IMG/VR virus record: IMGVR_UViG_3300044784_000026
Span: 1-27,740 of that record
Origin: a virus
Lineage: Duplodnaviria; Caudoviricetes
Direction: 5' to 3' (one strand)
Length of the DNA: 27,740 nt
Both the position numbers and the translations under genes were made by a program. Shown here one piece after another: positions 15,017-23,763 of this stretch. The notes below the pieces were generated by a model. It was not told the DNA's origin. It saw nothing but the letters and a program-made list of their open reading frames with translations, and did not search any database. The stretch's first letter is position 1. Each line of letters opens with the position of its first letter.

Positions 15017-16409
15017 GATTGACCCGGCGACGGGGCTGCTTGCATATTCCGAGGTGGTGTTGATCGGGCCCCGTCAGGCGACGGGTAAGACAGAGCTGTT
15101 GTTGCCGGTGATGACGCACCGGTGTCTGGGATTTGAGCAGGCCGGGCCGCAGGCGGTGTTGTATACGACGCAGACGGGGGACAAGGCCCGGGAGAAGTGG
15201 CGCGACGTTCACCTGGAGCGGTTGAAACGCAGCCGGGCGCCGCAGCTGCGGGGCAAGTTCACGTGGCGGCTGCAACGCAACAGCGAGGCGATCGTGTGGC
15301 GGAACGGGTCGATGTGGTCGCCGGGGTCGACGACGGGCAAGACGGGCGGTACGGGTGACACCCTGGATTTGGGGGTGATCGATGAGGCGTGGTCGCGGCC
15401 GGATTCCCGGACCGAGTTGGGGATGCGCCCGGCCATGATGACCCGGGATTGGCGGCAGATGTGGGTCGCGTCGATGATCCCTGGGCTGTCGCGGGCGGCG
15501 CCGGGGACGTGGCCGTATCTGCGGCATAAGCGGCAGGTGGGTCGGGCCCGGGTGGCCGCGGATGTGCGGCATGGGATGGCGTTTTTTGACTATGCGGCCG
15601 AGCCGGGTTTGGATCCGGCGGACCCGGCAACGTGGTGGTCGTGTATGCCCGGGTTGGGCCGGACCGTGTCGGAGCGGGTGGTCCGGGAGGACTTTGATGC
15701 CATGTCCGATACGGGGACGGGGCTGGTCGATTTTGAGGCCGAGTATTTGGGGTGGGAGCCGATGGAAACCGCGCCACGATGGACGATGATCCGTAAGGAG
15801 ACGTGGGCTGACCGGTGCGATATGGGCTCATATATTGAGGGCGCCCCGGCCCTGTCGGTGGAGATCAATGAGGAGCGGACGGCGGCGTGGATTTGCGCCG
15901 GCGGTCGGCGCCCGGACGGGCATTATCACGGCGAGGTCCTGGAGCCCGGTTACAAGGTCGCGGCGGGGGTGGCGGGGATCGGTTGGGTCGAGCCGCGTCT
16001 GTGGGAGATCATTGAGTCGCATAAGCCGTGCACGGTGGCGTTGGATCCGCGTCGTCCGGCTGCGTCGTTGAAGGTTGCGTTGCAGAACCGTGGGGTTGAT
16101 GTGACCACCCCGAATCAGCAGGAGATCGCCGGGGCGTGTGGCCGATTTTTCGATGCGACCGGGGAGGAGCTGCCCGAGGGTGTGGAGCCGGAGGCCTGGT
16201 TTTTTCACCTGGGTCAGCCGGAGCTGGACCGGGCGGTGGCCGGCGCCCGCCGGTATGACATGGGTGAGGGGGCGTTCACGTTCGTCCGTAAGGGTGCGAC
16301 CGCCAACATCTGCCCCCTGTACGGGGTGGTGTTGGCGATGCACGGCCATGACGTGAAGGGCTGTGACGTGACACCTGAGCCGGATATTTTCTGGGGAGAG
16401 GGCCAGTAG
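14850..16409 (+). CDS. terL: terminase large subunit
   Basis: PMPHQ, Walker A PRQATGKT, Walker B LGVIDEAW; GTG 14850 is 9 nt after GGAGG (alternative starts 14844/14862). Confidence 0.93.
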   Translation: MTTTMRRSSPLTCLPLFGTPRSLDRATLGPKVAAVAGWLGKPPMPHQRHILDVAFEIDPATGLLAYSEVVLIGPRQATGKTELLLPVMTHRCLGFEQAGPQAVLYTTQTGDKAREKWRDVHLERLKRSRAPQLRGKFTWRLQRNSEAIVWRNGSMWSPGSTTGKTGGTGDTLDLGVIDEAWSRPDSRTELGMRPAMMTRDWRQMWVASMIPGLSRAAPGTWPYLRHKRQVGRARVAADVRHGMAFFDYAAEPGLDPADPATWWSCMPGLGRTVSERVVREDFDAMSDTGTGLVDFEAEYLGWEPMETAPRWTMIRKETWADRCDMGSYIEGAPALSVEINEERTAAWICAGGRRPDGHYHGEVLEPGYKVAAGVAGIGWVEPRLWEIIESHKPCTVALDPRRPAASLKVALQNRGVDVTTPNQQEIAGACGRFFDATGEELPEGVEPEAWFFHLGQPELDRAVAGARRYDMGEGAFTFVRKGATANICPLYGVVLAMHGHDVKGCDVTPEPDIFWGEGQ

Positions 16410-16420
16410 TTGGGCTGAAA

Positions 16421-16473
16421 CGTCCGGAATCCGGTCGCGGCCGTCCGCTATCCGGATGATCGGGGTCTAATAT
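16421..16473 (+). promoter_or_regulatory. candidate late promoter 2: two CGTCCG-N5-CGG boxes plus TAATAT -10
   Basis: Boxes at 16421-16437 and 16442-16458, TAATAT 16468-16473; same layout as 10977-11028. Confidence 0.65.
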
Positions 16474-16479
16474 CTGCAC

Positions 16480-16833
16480 ATGCGCAGGTGGATTGCCGTG
16501 CCGGTCGCTGTGGCCGGCGTGTGGTTGCTGGTCGGCCCCGGCTGGGGTCTGCTGGCCGCGGCCGCGCTGATCGCGTTCACCCCCACCCCGACTGCGCCGG
16601 GCTCGGCTGCCCGGTGGGCGATCCGCGCCCGGTCGGTGCGTACCGCCGTACGCGTGTGGACGGCCCGGCAGTGGCGGTGGATCGACCGGCAGCGCCTGGC
16701 CGCTCTCGCGATGCCGGTCGGTGTCGCCGCGATCGGTGTCGGACTGGGCATGGCCGTCGCCCCCGGGTTGGGGCTGGCCGCCGCGGGTGTGTGCGTGGCC
16801 GGGTTGTCCCTGGCCGCTGATCGGGCTGCTTAG
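16480..16833 (+). CDS. small membrane protein preceding portal
   Basis: Two hydrophobic helical-hairpin segments; no RBS, ATG 6 nt after the -10, so possibly leaderless. Confidence 0.7.
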   Translation: MRRWIAVPVAVAGVWLLVGPGWGLLAAAALIAFTPTPTAPGSAARWAIRARSVRTAVRVWTARQWRWIDRQRLAALAMPVGVAAIGVGLGMAVAPGLGLAAAGVCVAGLSLAADRAA

Positions 16834-16842
16834 GAGTCGGCC

Positions 16843-18261
16843 GTGGGCTGGTTGACCGGGCCGCGGGACACGGCGTCAAAGGCAGGCTTCGATGTGCAGG
16901 ACGGCCAGCAGTCGTTCATGTCGATCGACGCGTTCGGCGCGGCCCGGCCGAACCTGAACGGCATCCTGGAGCCGGACGGGTCGTACGACAACTACGCGAC
17001 CAAGGCGTACGACCGTAACGAGCTGGTCTACGCGTGCATCGCCGAGCGCGCGCAGTCGTTGGCCCAGTCGACGATCCGGGTGTACCCGCAGGGTCGGGGC
17101 GAGGCGATCGACGACCACCGCCTGCGGCGGGTGTTCGAGCAGCCGAATCCGCTGGTGTCCGAGTTCGAGCTCTTCGAGCTTTCGTCGACGTACAAGGACC
17201 TGGGTGGCACCTGCTTCTGGCTGATCATCGAGGGGCGGGACCGCCTGCCGTCCCAGTTGTGGCCGTTGCGACCCGACCTGGTCGGGGTCCTGCCGTCGAA
17301 CAAGGATCCGCGCATCTACGCGTGGGCGTACAAGCCCGACGAGCGGCGGCCGGACCGGTGGGTGGTCATCCCCCGGGACATGATGATCGTGGTGAAGTAT
17401 CCGAATCCGAACCCGCGCGACCCGGCGCAGCGGTATTTCGGTCGGCCACCATTGCGGGCGGCGGCGCGGGCCACGACGTTGGACAATGCGGCCACCGATT
17501 TTGTGGACACCCTGCTGCGTAATCACGCGATGCCGTCGACCGTTGTCGAAACCGAGTCGGTCATGACAGACGCGATCCACTCCCGGCTGCGGTCGATTTG
17601 GAAGCGGGCGTTTGGCGGGCCGAACCGGGGTGAGCCGGCGTTCCTGCAGAAGGGCATGAAGGTCCACGAGCTTGGTTTGACCCTGACCAATCTAGAATTT
17701 CCTGACCTGCGGGCGGTGTCGGAGACGCGCATCTGCATGCCGTTCGGCGTACCGCCCATTCTGGTCGGCGCGAAGGTGGGCCTGGAGCACAACGCGTACA
17801 AGGATTTCCGCGAGGCCCGGCTCCAGTTCTGGGAGGAGACGATGCTGCCCGAGCAGCGTCGTTTCATTGACCCGATCCGGGGCCGCCTGCTCAAGCCGTT
17901 CTTGGGTGTGGGGCGTCGGTCGGTGCGGGTCGCCTGGGACAACTCGGAGGTGCTGGCCCTCAAGGAGGCGCTGGATTCCAAGTGGTCCCGGGCGACCAAT
18001 GCGCTGGCGCGGGGCGGCATCACGGTCAATGACTTCCGGATGGAGGTCGAACTGCCGACGGTGCCGGGCGGGAACGTGTTCCTGGTGCCGGCGGGGGTGG
18101 TGCCCACGGTGGCGCTGGACGAGGCGGGCGCCGCGGCGGCCGCGGCCCAGGCCGAGGTGGTGTCGGCGAGTGTGGAGTTGATGGCCGCCGAGTATGGCAT
18201 CGAGTTGTCCGAGCGGGAGTTGTTGGCGCTCAAGTCGTCGGCGGAGGTGTTCCGTGACTGA
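16843..18261 (+). CDS. HK97-family portal protein
   Basis: VYACI, PNP..S.FE, LWPLRPD, GRPPLRAA, ICMPFGVPPILVG, ITVNDFR...LP..PGG; AGGAG RBS. Confidence 0.95.
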   Translation: MGWLTGPRDTASKAGFDVQDGQQSFMSIDAFGAARPNLNGILEPDGSYDNYATKAYDRNELVYACIAERAQSLAQSTIRVYPQGRGEAIDDHRLRRVFEQPNPLVSEFELFELSSTYKDLGGTCFWLIIEGRDRLPSQLWPLRPDLVGVLPSNKDPRIYAWAYKPDERRPDRWVVIPRDMMIVVKYPNPNPRDPAQRYFGRPPLRAAARATTLDNAATDFVDTLLRNHAMPSTVVETESVMTDAIHSRLRSIWKRAFGGPNRGEPAFLQKGMKVHELGLTLTNLEFPDLRAVSETRICMPFGVPPILVGAKVGLEHNAYKDFREARLQFWEETMLPEQRRFIDPIRGRLLKPFLGVGRRSVRVAWDNSEVLALKEALDSKWSRATNALARGGITVNDFRMEVELPTVPGGNVFLVPAGVVPTVALDEAGAAAAAAQAEVVSASVELMAAEYGIELSERELLALKSSAEVFRD

Positions 18262-18637
18262 TCTGATGTTGTCGGCGGCCCGGCTGGGAATCGACCTTGA
18301 CCTGACCAGCCCGTACGCCCAGGAGTTGTTGGTCGGCAAGCATCTGCCGGGGCGGCACGATCAGTCGACGCATGGCGGCGGCGGCGGTAACCGTGACGCC
18401 ACGTTGTCCGACCGTTATCAACAGGTGTACGGGGACATCTCCGATGAGTGGTCGGTTGGGGACAACCTCACGGTGGTGTTGACCCAGCGGGGCGAGGCGC
18501 ATGTCGCCAACGACGAGGGCCCCGGCGACCGTGAGGTTCTTTTCGACCTCGTCGATTCCGACGAGGCGCGCCAATTGGCCGGGGCGCTGGACACGATGGC
18601 CGACGACTGGGACGACCTGTTGGAGGGCGAGGAATGA
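18254..18637 (+). CDS. acidic head-module protein A with KHLPGRHDQSTHG motif
   Basis: GGAGG RBS, GTG 18254; paralogous to the next gene. Confidence 0.8.
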   Translation: MTDLMLSAARLGIDLDLTSPYAQELLVGKHLPGRHDQSTHGGGGGNRDATLSDRYQQVYGDISDEWSVGDNLTVVLTQRGEAHVANDEGPGDREVLFDLVDSDEARQLAGALDTMADDWDDLLEGEE

Positions 18638-19272
18638 CCGTGTCCTCCTTCGCCGCCCTGGCCGCCGCGCATGGTGTCGACCTGCGCGAGTCGGATGGGT
18701 ACGCCCGCCGGCTTCTCGGCGAAAAGCACCTGCCCGGCCAGCACTCACAGGCGACGCACGGTGGCGGGGGTGTGGGCCCGGGTGCTGACGACGACGACGA
18801 GGACGAGGGCGAGTTCGGCTTTGGTGTGGATTCGGCCGGCGTGTCGTACACCGAGAACGACGTGGACGACGCCGGGAACCCCCGCTTCTCAGAGTCGTAC
18901 CGGAGACGCTACGGGCCGATCAACAGCGAGACTATCCACGACACAGCGGAGGGCCGCCCTATCGCCATCGTGCAAAGCGAAAAGGGGCCGTTCATGCACG
19001 TTGCAGACGACAGCGCGGGGACGAGGGGTCGCGTGGTCGTCCAGGAGTTCACCCAACCCCAGACGAAGGCGCTCGGTGACGGCGTCTGGTCGGTCTACAA
19101 CGGCGACAAGGAATCGGCCACCGTGGCCGGGGTGTCCATCAAACCGGCCGGCGCGAACCCCACCAGGGACGGCGTTCAGATCACATGGAGCGGTGGCCTC
19201 CAAACCACCTTCGAGGGCGAGAGCGGTAACGACGAGGCCTTCGACCTGCAGGAGAGCTTGGGGTTGTCATGA
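18634..19272 (+). CDS. acidic head-module protein B with KHLPGQHSQATHG motif
   Basis: ATGA coupling at both ends; paralogous to the previous gene. Confidence 0.85.
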   Translation: MTVSSFAALAAAHGVDLRESDGYARRLLGEKHLPGQHSQATHGGGGVGPGADDDDEDEGEFGFGVDSAGVSYTENDVDDAGNPRFSESYRRRYGPINSETIHDTAEGRPIAIVQSEKGPFMHVADDSAGTRGRVVVQEFTQPQTKALGDGVWSVYNGDKESATVAGVSIKPAGANPTRDGVQITWSGGLQTTFEGESGNDEAFDLQESLGLS

Positions 19273-20192
19273 ATGGTGAATGGCTGAAGCTCGGTGTCGA
19301 CGGCGCGGTGCCGATCCACTGGACCACCCTCGCCAAAGGTGCGGACGACGGCACGGGCGAACTGGAGGGGTGGGCCAGCGTCTACAACGTGGTGGACGAC
19401 CAGGATGACATTGTTGTGCCCGGCGCGTTCGTGAAGACGCTGAACATCTGGCGCGCCAACGGCCGCGTGATCGCCCTTACCAACGCCCACGACAACGCGC
19501 CGTCGGGTGTCATCGGGTCCGTGACCAAGGCCCAGGACATGCCGTACGGCCTCAAGCTGCGGTTCAAGTATTCGTCCGCGCCGGATGCGCAGGCAATCCG
19601 TACGAAGGCCAAGGAGGGCCACATCGGCGGCCTCTCCATCTTCGGCCCGATCATCAGCCACGCGTACGAGAACCGCGCCGGCCGGGACTTGCGGATCATC
19701 ACTGAGGCGGGACTGTGGGCGGTCGGCCTGACCCCCATGCCCGTCAATACCAAGGCCCTGGTTACATCGGCGAAGGCCAAGGGTCGGGCCGGGGGACGCG
19801 ACGAGGACCTGTCCGAGGTGTGGATCTGTGACATGAAGTCCGCCCTGGCAATCACCGTCCCCGCCGCCCGCAAGGCCGCGGTTGACCTTCTGGTCAAGTC
19901 GCAATACAACATCGGCGTTGTCGACCGGCCCGCGCCTGCGGCCACGACCAACGACGGCGGCGGCACCGCCGCGCCCACCGCCGCGCCCAGTACGACCACG
20001 GAGCCCGTGACCGGCGTCGACGACGCGTCCACGTACGCTCTCAACCTCATCGGAGAACCCGGGCCTGACGGCAAGTCGCCCGGCGGCGAGTCTGGATCTG
20101 GTTCCCTCGCCGATCAACTGCTGGCGACGCTCGGCGCCGCCACGACCAGCGCCGACATCGAGGCGCTGGCAGCCGAGATCGGTATGCCTTAG
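19269..20192 (+). CDS. HK97-family prohead protease with C-terminal extension
   Basis: LEGWASVYNVVD..DDIVVPGAF.KTL, catalytic His (AHD...IG) and Ser (GGLSI). Confidence 0.93.
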   Translation: MNGEWLKLGVDGAVPIHWTTLAKGADDGTGELEGWASVYNVVDDQDDIVVPGAFVKTLNIWRANGRVIALTNAHDNAPSGVIGSVTKAQDMPYGLKLRFKYSSAPDAQAIRTKAKEGHIGGLSIFGPIISHAYENRAGRDLRIITEAGLWAVGLTPMPVNTKALVTSAKAKGRAGGRDEDLSEVWICDMKSALAITVPAARKAAVDLLVKSQYNIGVVDRPAPAATTNDGGGTAAPTAAPSTTTEPVTGVDDASTYALNLIGEPGPDGKSPGGESGSGSLADQLLATLGAATTSADIEALAAEIGMP

Positions 20193-20203
20193 GAGGCATT
20201 GAA

Positions 20204-21475
20204 ATGAGTGAACAGACCCGAAAGACGTTGGTCGACAAGGCGATGCAGTGCATTCACCTCGCCCGGACAATCCGCGACCGGCACCCCGACCCGACGAAGA
20301 TCCCCGCCGAGGATGCGGTCAAGATGCAGACCCTCCTCAAGGAGGCGTCGCGCCTCAAGGACTCGGCCGCGCTCGAAAAGGCGCAGGACGAGATGGAGGC
20401 GTGGTCGGCGGCGCCCGACCAGGTGCCGGCCGCCCTTGCGGCCGAGGCCCACGCCGCGGCCCTGACCGGGGGCGAGCCGGCGTACGCCGAGGCCGCCAAG
20501 CGCCGCCAGACCGAACTGTTCGCGAAGGCGATGCGGCACGGCTGGAAGAACCAGGGCTGGGTCGAGCAGCTCGACATGGCCGAGAAGGCGTCCCTGGTTG
20601 AGGACGCCACCGGTGAGGTCATCGTGCCCCACGACATCGCCGGCCCCATCTTCAAGACCCTCCCGCGGCTGGGCATCTTCCGCGGCTCGGGCCCGACTGT
20701 CCGGCCCACCACGTCGAACAAGGTCGACCTGCGGTCGCTGACCCAGGCCACCGCCGGCTGGGGCAAGTTGGAGGTCGGCGCGGCCACGGTCGACGCGAAC
20801 GTGGTGGCGAACACCCCGGTCGACGTGGTCGAGGTCCACGACCTGGTCGCCATGTCCCGGATCGGTGTGGACGAACTTGCCGACACCGACGCCAACCTGG
20901 TCGCCCTGGTCACCGACATCGTCGGCCAGTTGTGCGCGCAGATGGAGGACGACGCGTTCGCCGCGGGTAACGGCGTGTCGAAGCCGTGGGGCCTGGCGGC
21001 GCGCGCGACGTCGGCCGGCAACCAAATCACGCAGGCCGTCACCGCGGCCGGCACGGCGATCGTCACCGGCGACGAACTCAAGCGGCTGCAGTACCGGGTA
21101 CCGACCCGGTTCCGCAGCAGCGGCGTGTACTACGCCAGCGCCGACGCCGCCGAGGCGATCGCGTTGCTCAAGGACAGCACGAGCAACTACCTCTGGCAGC
21201 CGTCGGTGCGCGCCGGCGAGCCGGACACCCTGTTCGGCAAGGGGTTCTTCACCCTTGAGGGTTTGCCGGCCATGACCGCAACCACCACGATCACCGACCC
21301 GTCGGTCATCTTCGGCGATCCGGCCCTGGGCTACCTGTTGGCCGACCGGCAGCGGATCACCGTGCAGCGGCTGGACGAGCGTTACGCGGAACTCGGCCTG
21401 GTGGGGTTCCTCTTCAAGTTGCGGGTGGGCGGCGACGTGATGCGCCCGGCCGCGTTCGCGAAGTACCTCCTCTGA
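20204..21475 (+). CDS. HK97-fold major capsid protein with N-terminal delta domain
   Basis: AGGAGG RBS; helical N-terminus, EDDAF..GNG..KP.G, LKD....YLWQPS...G.P.TL.G, IFGD and R.GGDV..P.AF. Confidence 0.96.
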   Translation: MSEQTRKTLVDKAMQCIHLARTIRDRHPDPTKIPAEDAVKMQTLLKEASRLKDSAALEKAQDEMEAWSAAPDQVPAALAAEAHAAALTGGEPAYAEAAKRRQTELFAKAMRHGWKNQGWVEQLDMAEKASLVEDATGEVIVPHDIAGPIFKTLPRLGIFRGSGPTVRPTTSNKVDLRSLTQATAGWGKLEVGAATVDANVVANTPVDVVEVHDLVAMSRIGVDELADTDANLVALVTDIVGQLCAQMEDDAFAAGNGVSKPWGLAARATSAGNQITQAVTAAGTAIVTGDELKRLQYRVPTRFRSSGVYYASADAAEAIALLKDSTSNYLWQPSVRAGEPDTLFGKGFFTLEGLPAMTATTTITDPSVIFGDPALGYLLADRQRITVQRLDERYAELGLVGFLFKLRVGGDVMRPAAFAKYLL

Positions 21476-21476
21476 C

Positions 21477-21518
21477 GTGCTCGGGGTGTGGGTGTCACGG
21501 CACCCACACCCCGCGCAC
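21477..21518 (+). terminator. GC-rich hairpin after capsid stop (terminator or mRNA stabiliser)
   Basis: CGGGGTGTGGGTG (21482-21494) pairs with CACCCACACCCCG (21501-21513); flanking GTGC/GCAC; no U-tract. Confidence 0.7.
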
Positions 21519-21598
21519 CCCCCAAGTTTCTAATCCCCGAAAAGTGCCCGGCATCTGTGGCGACTTAGAAACTTCGCCCTCCGTGAAAGGACCCCGCA

Positions 21599-21844
21599 GT
21601 GAACATCAAGACGCTGAACTATGTCAACGACCGGACGGAGGACGGCCGGGTCTACGCGGCCATGGAGGGCACCGAGTCGGTGATCGACGACGCCGACGTG
21701 GCGATGGTCGCGCTGATGAAAAGCCTCGCCGCCCGGGGTCTCGTCGAGATCGCCAAGGACAAGGCGAAGGAGGCGGCCGCAGCCAAGGCTGCGGCGGCAG
21801 CCGACAAGGCCGACGCCAAGGACAAGGCGGCGGACAAGGCGTGA
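21599..21844 (+). CDS. small post-capsid protein with Lys/Ala-rich tail
   Basis: GAAAGGA RBS, GTG start, GTGA coupling to the next gene. Confidence 0.8.
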   Translation: MNIKTLNYVNDRTEDGRVYAAMEGTESVIDDADVAMVALMKSLAARGLVEIAKDKAKEAAAAKAAAAADKADAKDKAADKA

Positions 21845-23751
21845 AGATCCTCTGGCACTCCGTCGCACCGTGGGCCCCATCCGGGTACGGGCAGCAAACC
21901 GCGCTCTTCGCCCCACCGATCAAGGCCCTCGGCCACGACCTGGTGATCTCCGCGTACTACGGCCTGCAGGGTGCCGACCTCGACTGGCACGGCATCAAAT
22001 GCCTGCCGTCATACTCGAAGATGTACGGGGCCGACACGATCGTGCCGCACGCTCTCTGGCACTTCGGCGCCGGCGGCGACGACGTGACGAAACTGCGGGA
22101 CGCCGCCAACCGCGGCCTGGTCATCACCCTGACCGACGTGTGGGTGTTGGACGCCCCGCTGCTGCCGGACCTGGCCGTGGCCGCATGGGCGCCGATCGAC
22201 CACGAGACGGTGCCGCCCGCGGTGCAGCATTGGTTCGGCCAGACGGGCGCCATCCCCATCGCCATGTCCCGGTTCGGCGAGCGCGCGATGCGCGAGATTG
22301 GCCTTGAGCCGATCTATGTGCCGCACGGTGTCGACACGTCCGTATTCTTCCCGGGCGACAAGGCCGAGGCCCGGGCGCGCATCGGCCTGCCCGAGGATGC
22401 GTTCGTGGTGGCGATCGTGGCCGCCAACGTCGGCAAGGACGGCGCCCGCAAGGCGTTCGCCGAGCAGATCACGGCGTTCGCAGAGTTGCGCCGCCGGCAT
22501 TCGGACGCGGTCCTGGTCCTGCACACCGACATCGACGCGGGGGTGGGTGTGCGCATCCGCGACCTGATCGACGACCTGCCCGAGGGGTCGTGCGTCTACA
22601 CCGACCAGTACATGTTCAAGCGCGGTCTGCCGGCGTCGAAGGTGGCCGACATCTACCGGGCCGCGGACGTGTACAGCAACACCTCCTGGGGCGAGGGGTT
22701 CGGCATCTGCATCATCGAGGCCCAGGCGTGCGGTACCCCGGTGATCGTGACCGACACCACCGCCATGCCCGAACTGGCGGGTGCCGGGTGGAAGGTGCCG
22801 GGCGAACCACTCTGGCACGACTCGCAGCGAGCGTGGGCCCGCCGCCCACTGCTGGCGGGCATCATCGACGCCTACGAGAAGGCGTACGACGGTGCGCGCG
22901 ACGAGGACCTGCGAGCCCAGGCGTGGGCGTTCGCCCAGGCCTATGACGTCGCCAACGTGATGGCCGAGTACTGGGAGCCGGCCCTCAAGACATTGGAGAC
23001 GGCCCTGGACCGGCGCCGTGACGACGCCCTCACCACGCCCAAGGCGGCCACCCTGGAGACCACCCTGCGGCAGGCCGACGGCCTCCTATGGCTGGACCGG
23101 GGCAACCGCACGGACGACTGGATCGGGTGGAGCAAGCACGAGGAGACCCTGGGGCCGATCCTCGACGGCCTGCTGCCGGACGGCGGCGTGTTCCTGGACG
23201 TGGGTGCCCACATCGGACGGTGGTCGCTGCGGTTGGCCGGCAAGGCGTCGTGGGTGTACGCCGTCGAACCCAACCCCGAGACGGGGAAGAGCCTGGTTAA
23301 ACACCTGGTCCTCAACGAGATCAAGAACGTCTCCCGGATTCCCGTGGCCGCGTGGGACGTGCACGCCCAACTCCGGCTCGACGACGCCAACAACCGCCTC
23401 GCCGGCGGGTCGACCCGAACGCTGGAGGTGGCCGAGGCCGAGGCGACGGACCCGGTGTCGTCGGAGGCATGGGTGCCGGCGCGGCCGCTGGACGACGTCC
23501 TCGAACTGCAGGCGGCCGACCGGATCGACCTGATCAAGATGGACGTCGAGGGGGCCGACCTGCACGCCCTGCGCGGCATGGCCGGCCTCATCGCCAAGCA
23601 CCGGCCCGCCATGGTCGTCGAATGCCACGACCAGTACGGGTACTACACGCGCGCCGAACTTGAGGCCGTCCTCACCGACCTCGGCTACGTGTGGGACGAG
23701 GTCAAGTATCTGACGTCGCCGTACCTGGTGTGCACCCCGGCGCCGGAATGA
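21841..23751 (+). CDS. GT4 (GT-B) glycosyltransferase fused to FkbM-family methyltransferase
   Basis: KILWHS.APW.PSGYG, PHGVDT..F and EGFG..IIEAQACGTPVI; then FLDVGAHIG, VYAVEPNP and IDLIKMDVEGAD...LRG. True start is GTG 21841, not 21544. Confidence 0.92.
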   Translation: MKILWHSVAPWAPSGYGQQTALFAPPIKALGHDLVISAYYGLQGADLDWHGIKCLPSYSKMYGADTIVPHALWHFGAGGDDVTKLRDAANRGLVITLTDVWVLDAPLLPDLAVAAWAPIDHETVPPAVQHWFGQTGAIPIAMSRFGERAMREIGLEPIYVPHGVDTSVFFPGDKAEARARIGLPEDAFVVAIVAANVGKDGARKAFAEQITAFAELRRRHSDAVLVLHTDIDAGVGVRIRDLIDDLPEGSCVYTDQYMFKRGLPASKVADIYRAADVYSNTSWGEGFGICIIEAQACGTPVIVTDTTAMPELAGAGWKVPGEPLWHDSQRAWARRPLLAGIIDAYEKAYDGARDEDLRAQAWAFAQAYDVANVMAEYWEPALKTLETALDRRRDDALTTPKAATLETTLRQADGLLWLDRGNRTDDWIGWSKHEETLGPILDGLLPDGGVFLDVGAHIGRWSLRLAGKASWVYAVEPNPETGKSLVKHLVLNEIKNVSRIPVAAWDVHAQLRLDDANNRLAGGSTRTLEVAEAEATDPVSSEAWVPARPLDDVLELQAADRIDLIKMDVEGADLHALRGMAGLIAKHRPAMVVECHDQYGYYTRAELEAVLTDLGYVWDEVKYLTSPYLVCTPAPE

Positions 23752-23763
23752 GGTGCGGGGCCG

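Noticed and set aside
16480-16833. Holin call for the membrane protein
   Set aside because: No endolysin nearby; small membrane ORFs before portal genes are common and unassigned.
21524-21574. Hammerhead ribozyme or tRNA
   Set aside because: No CUGANGA core paired with GAAA, and no cloverleaf or T-loop consensus.
21544-21840. N-terminal 99-aa extension of the glycosyltransferase in the ORF track
   Set aside because: Overlaps the better-supported 21599-21844 gene; the GT domain begins at GTG 21841.
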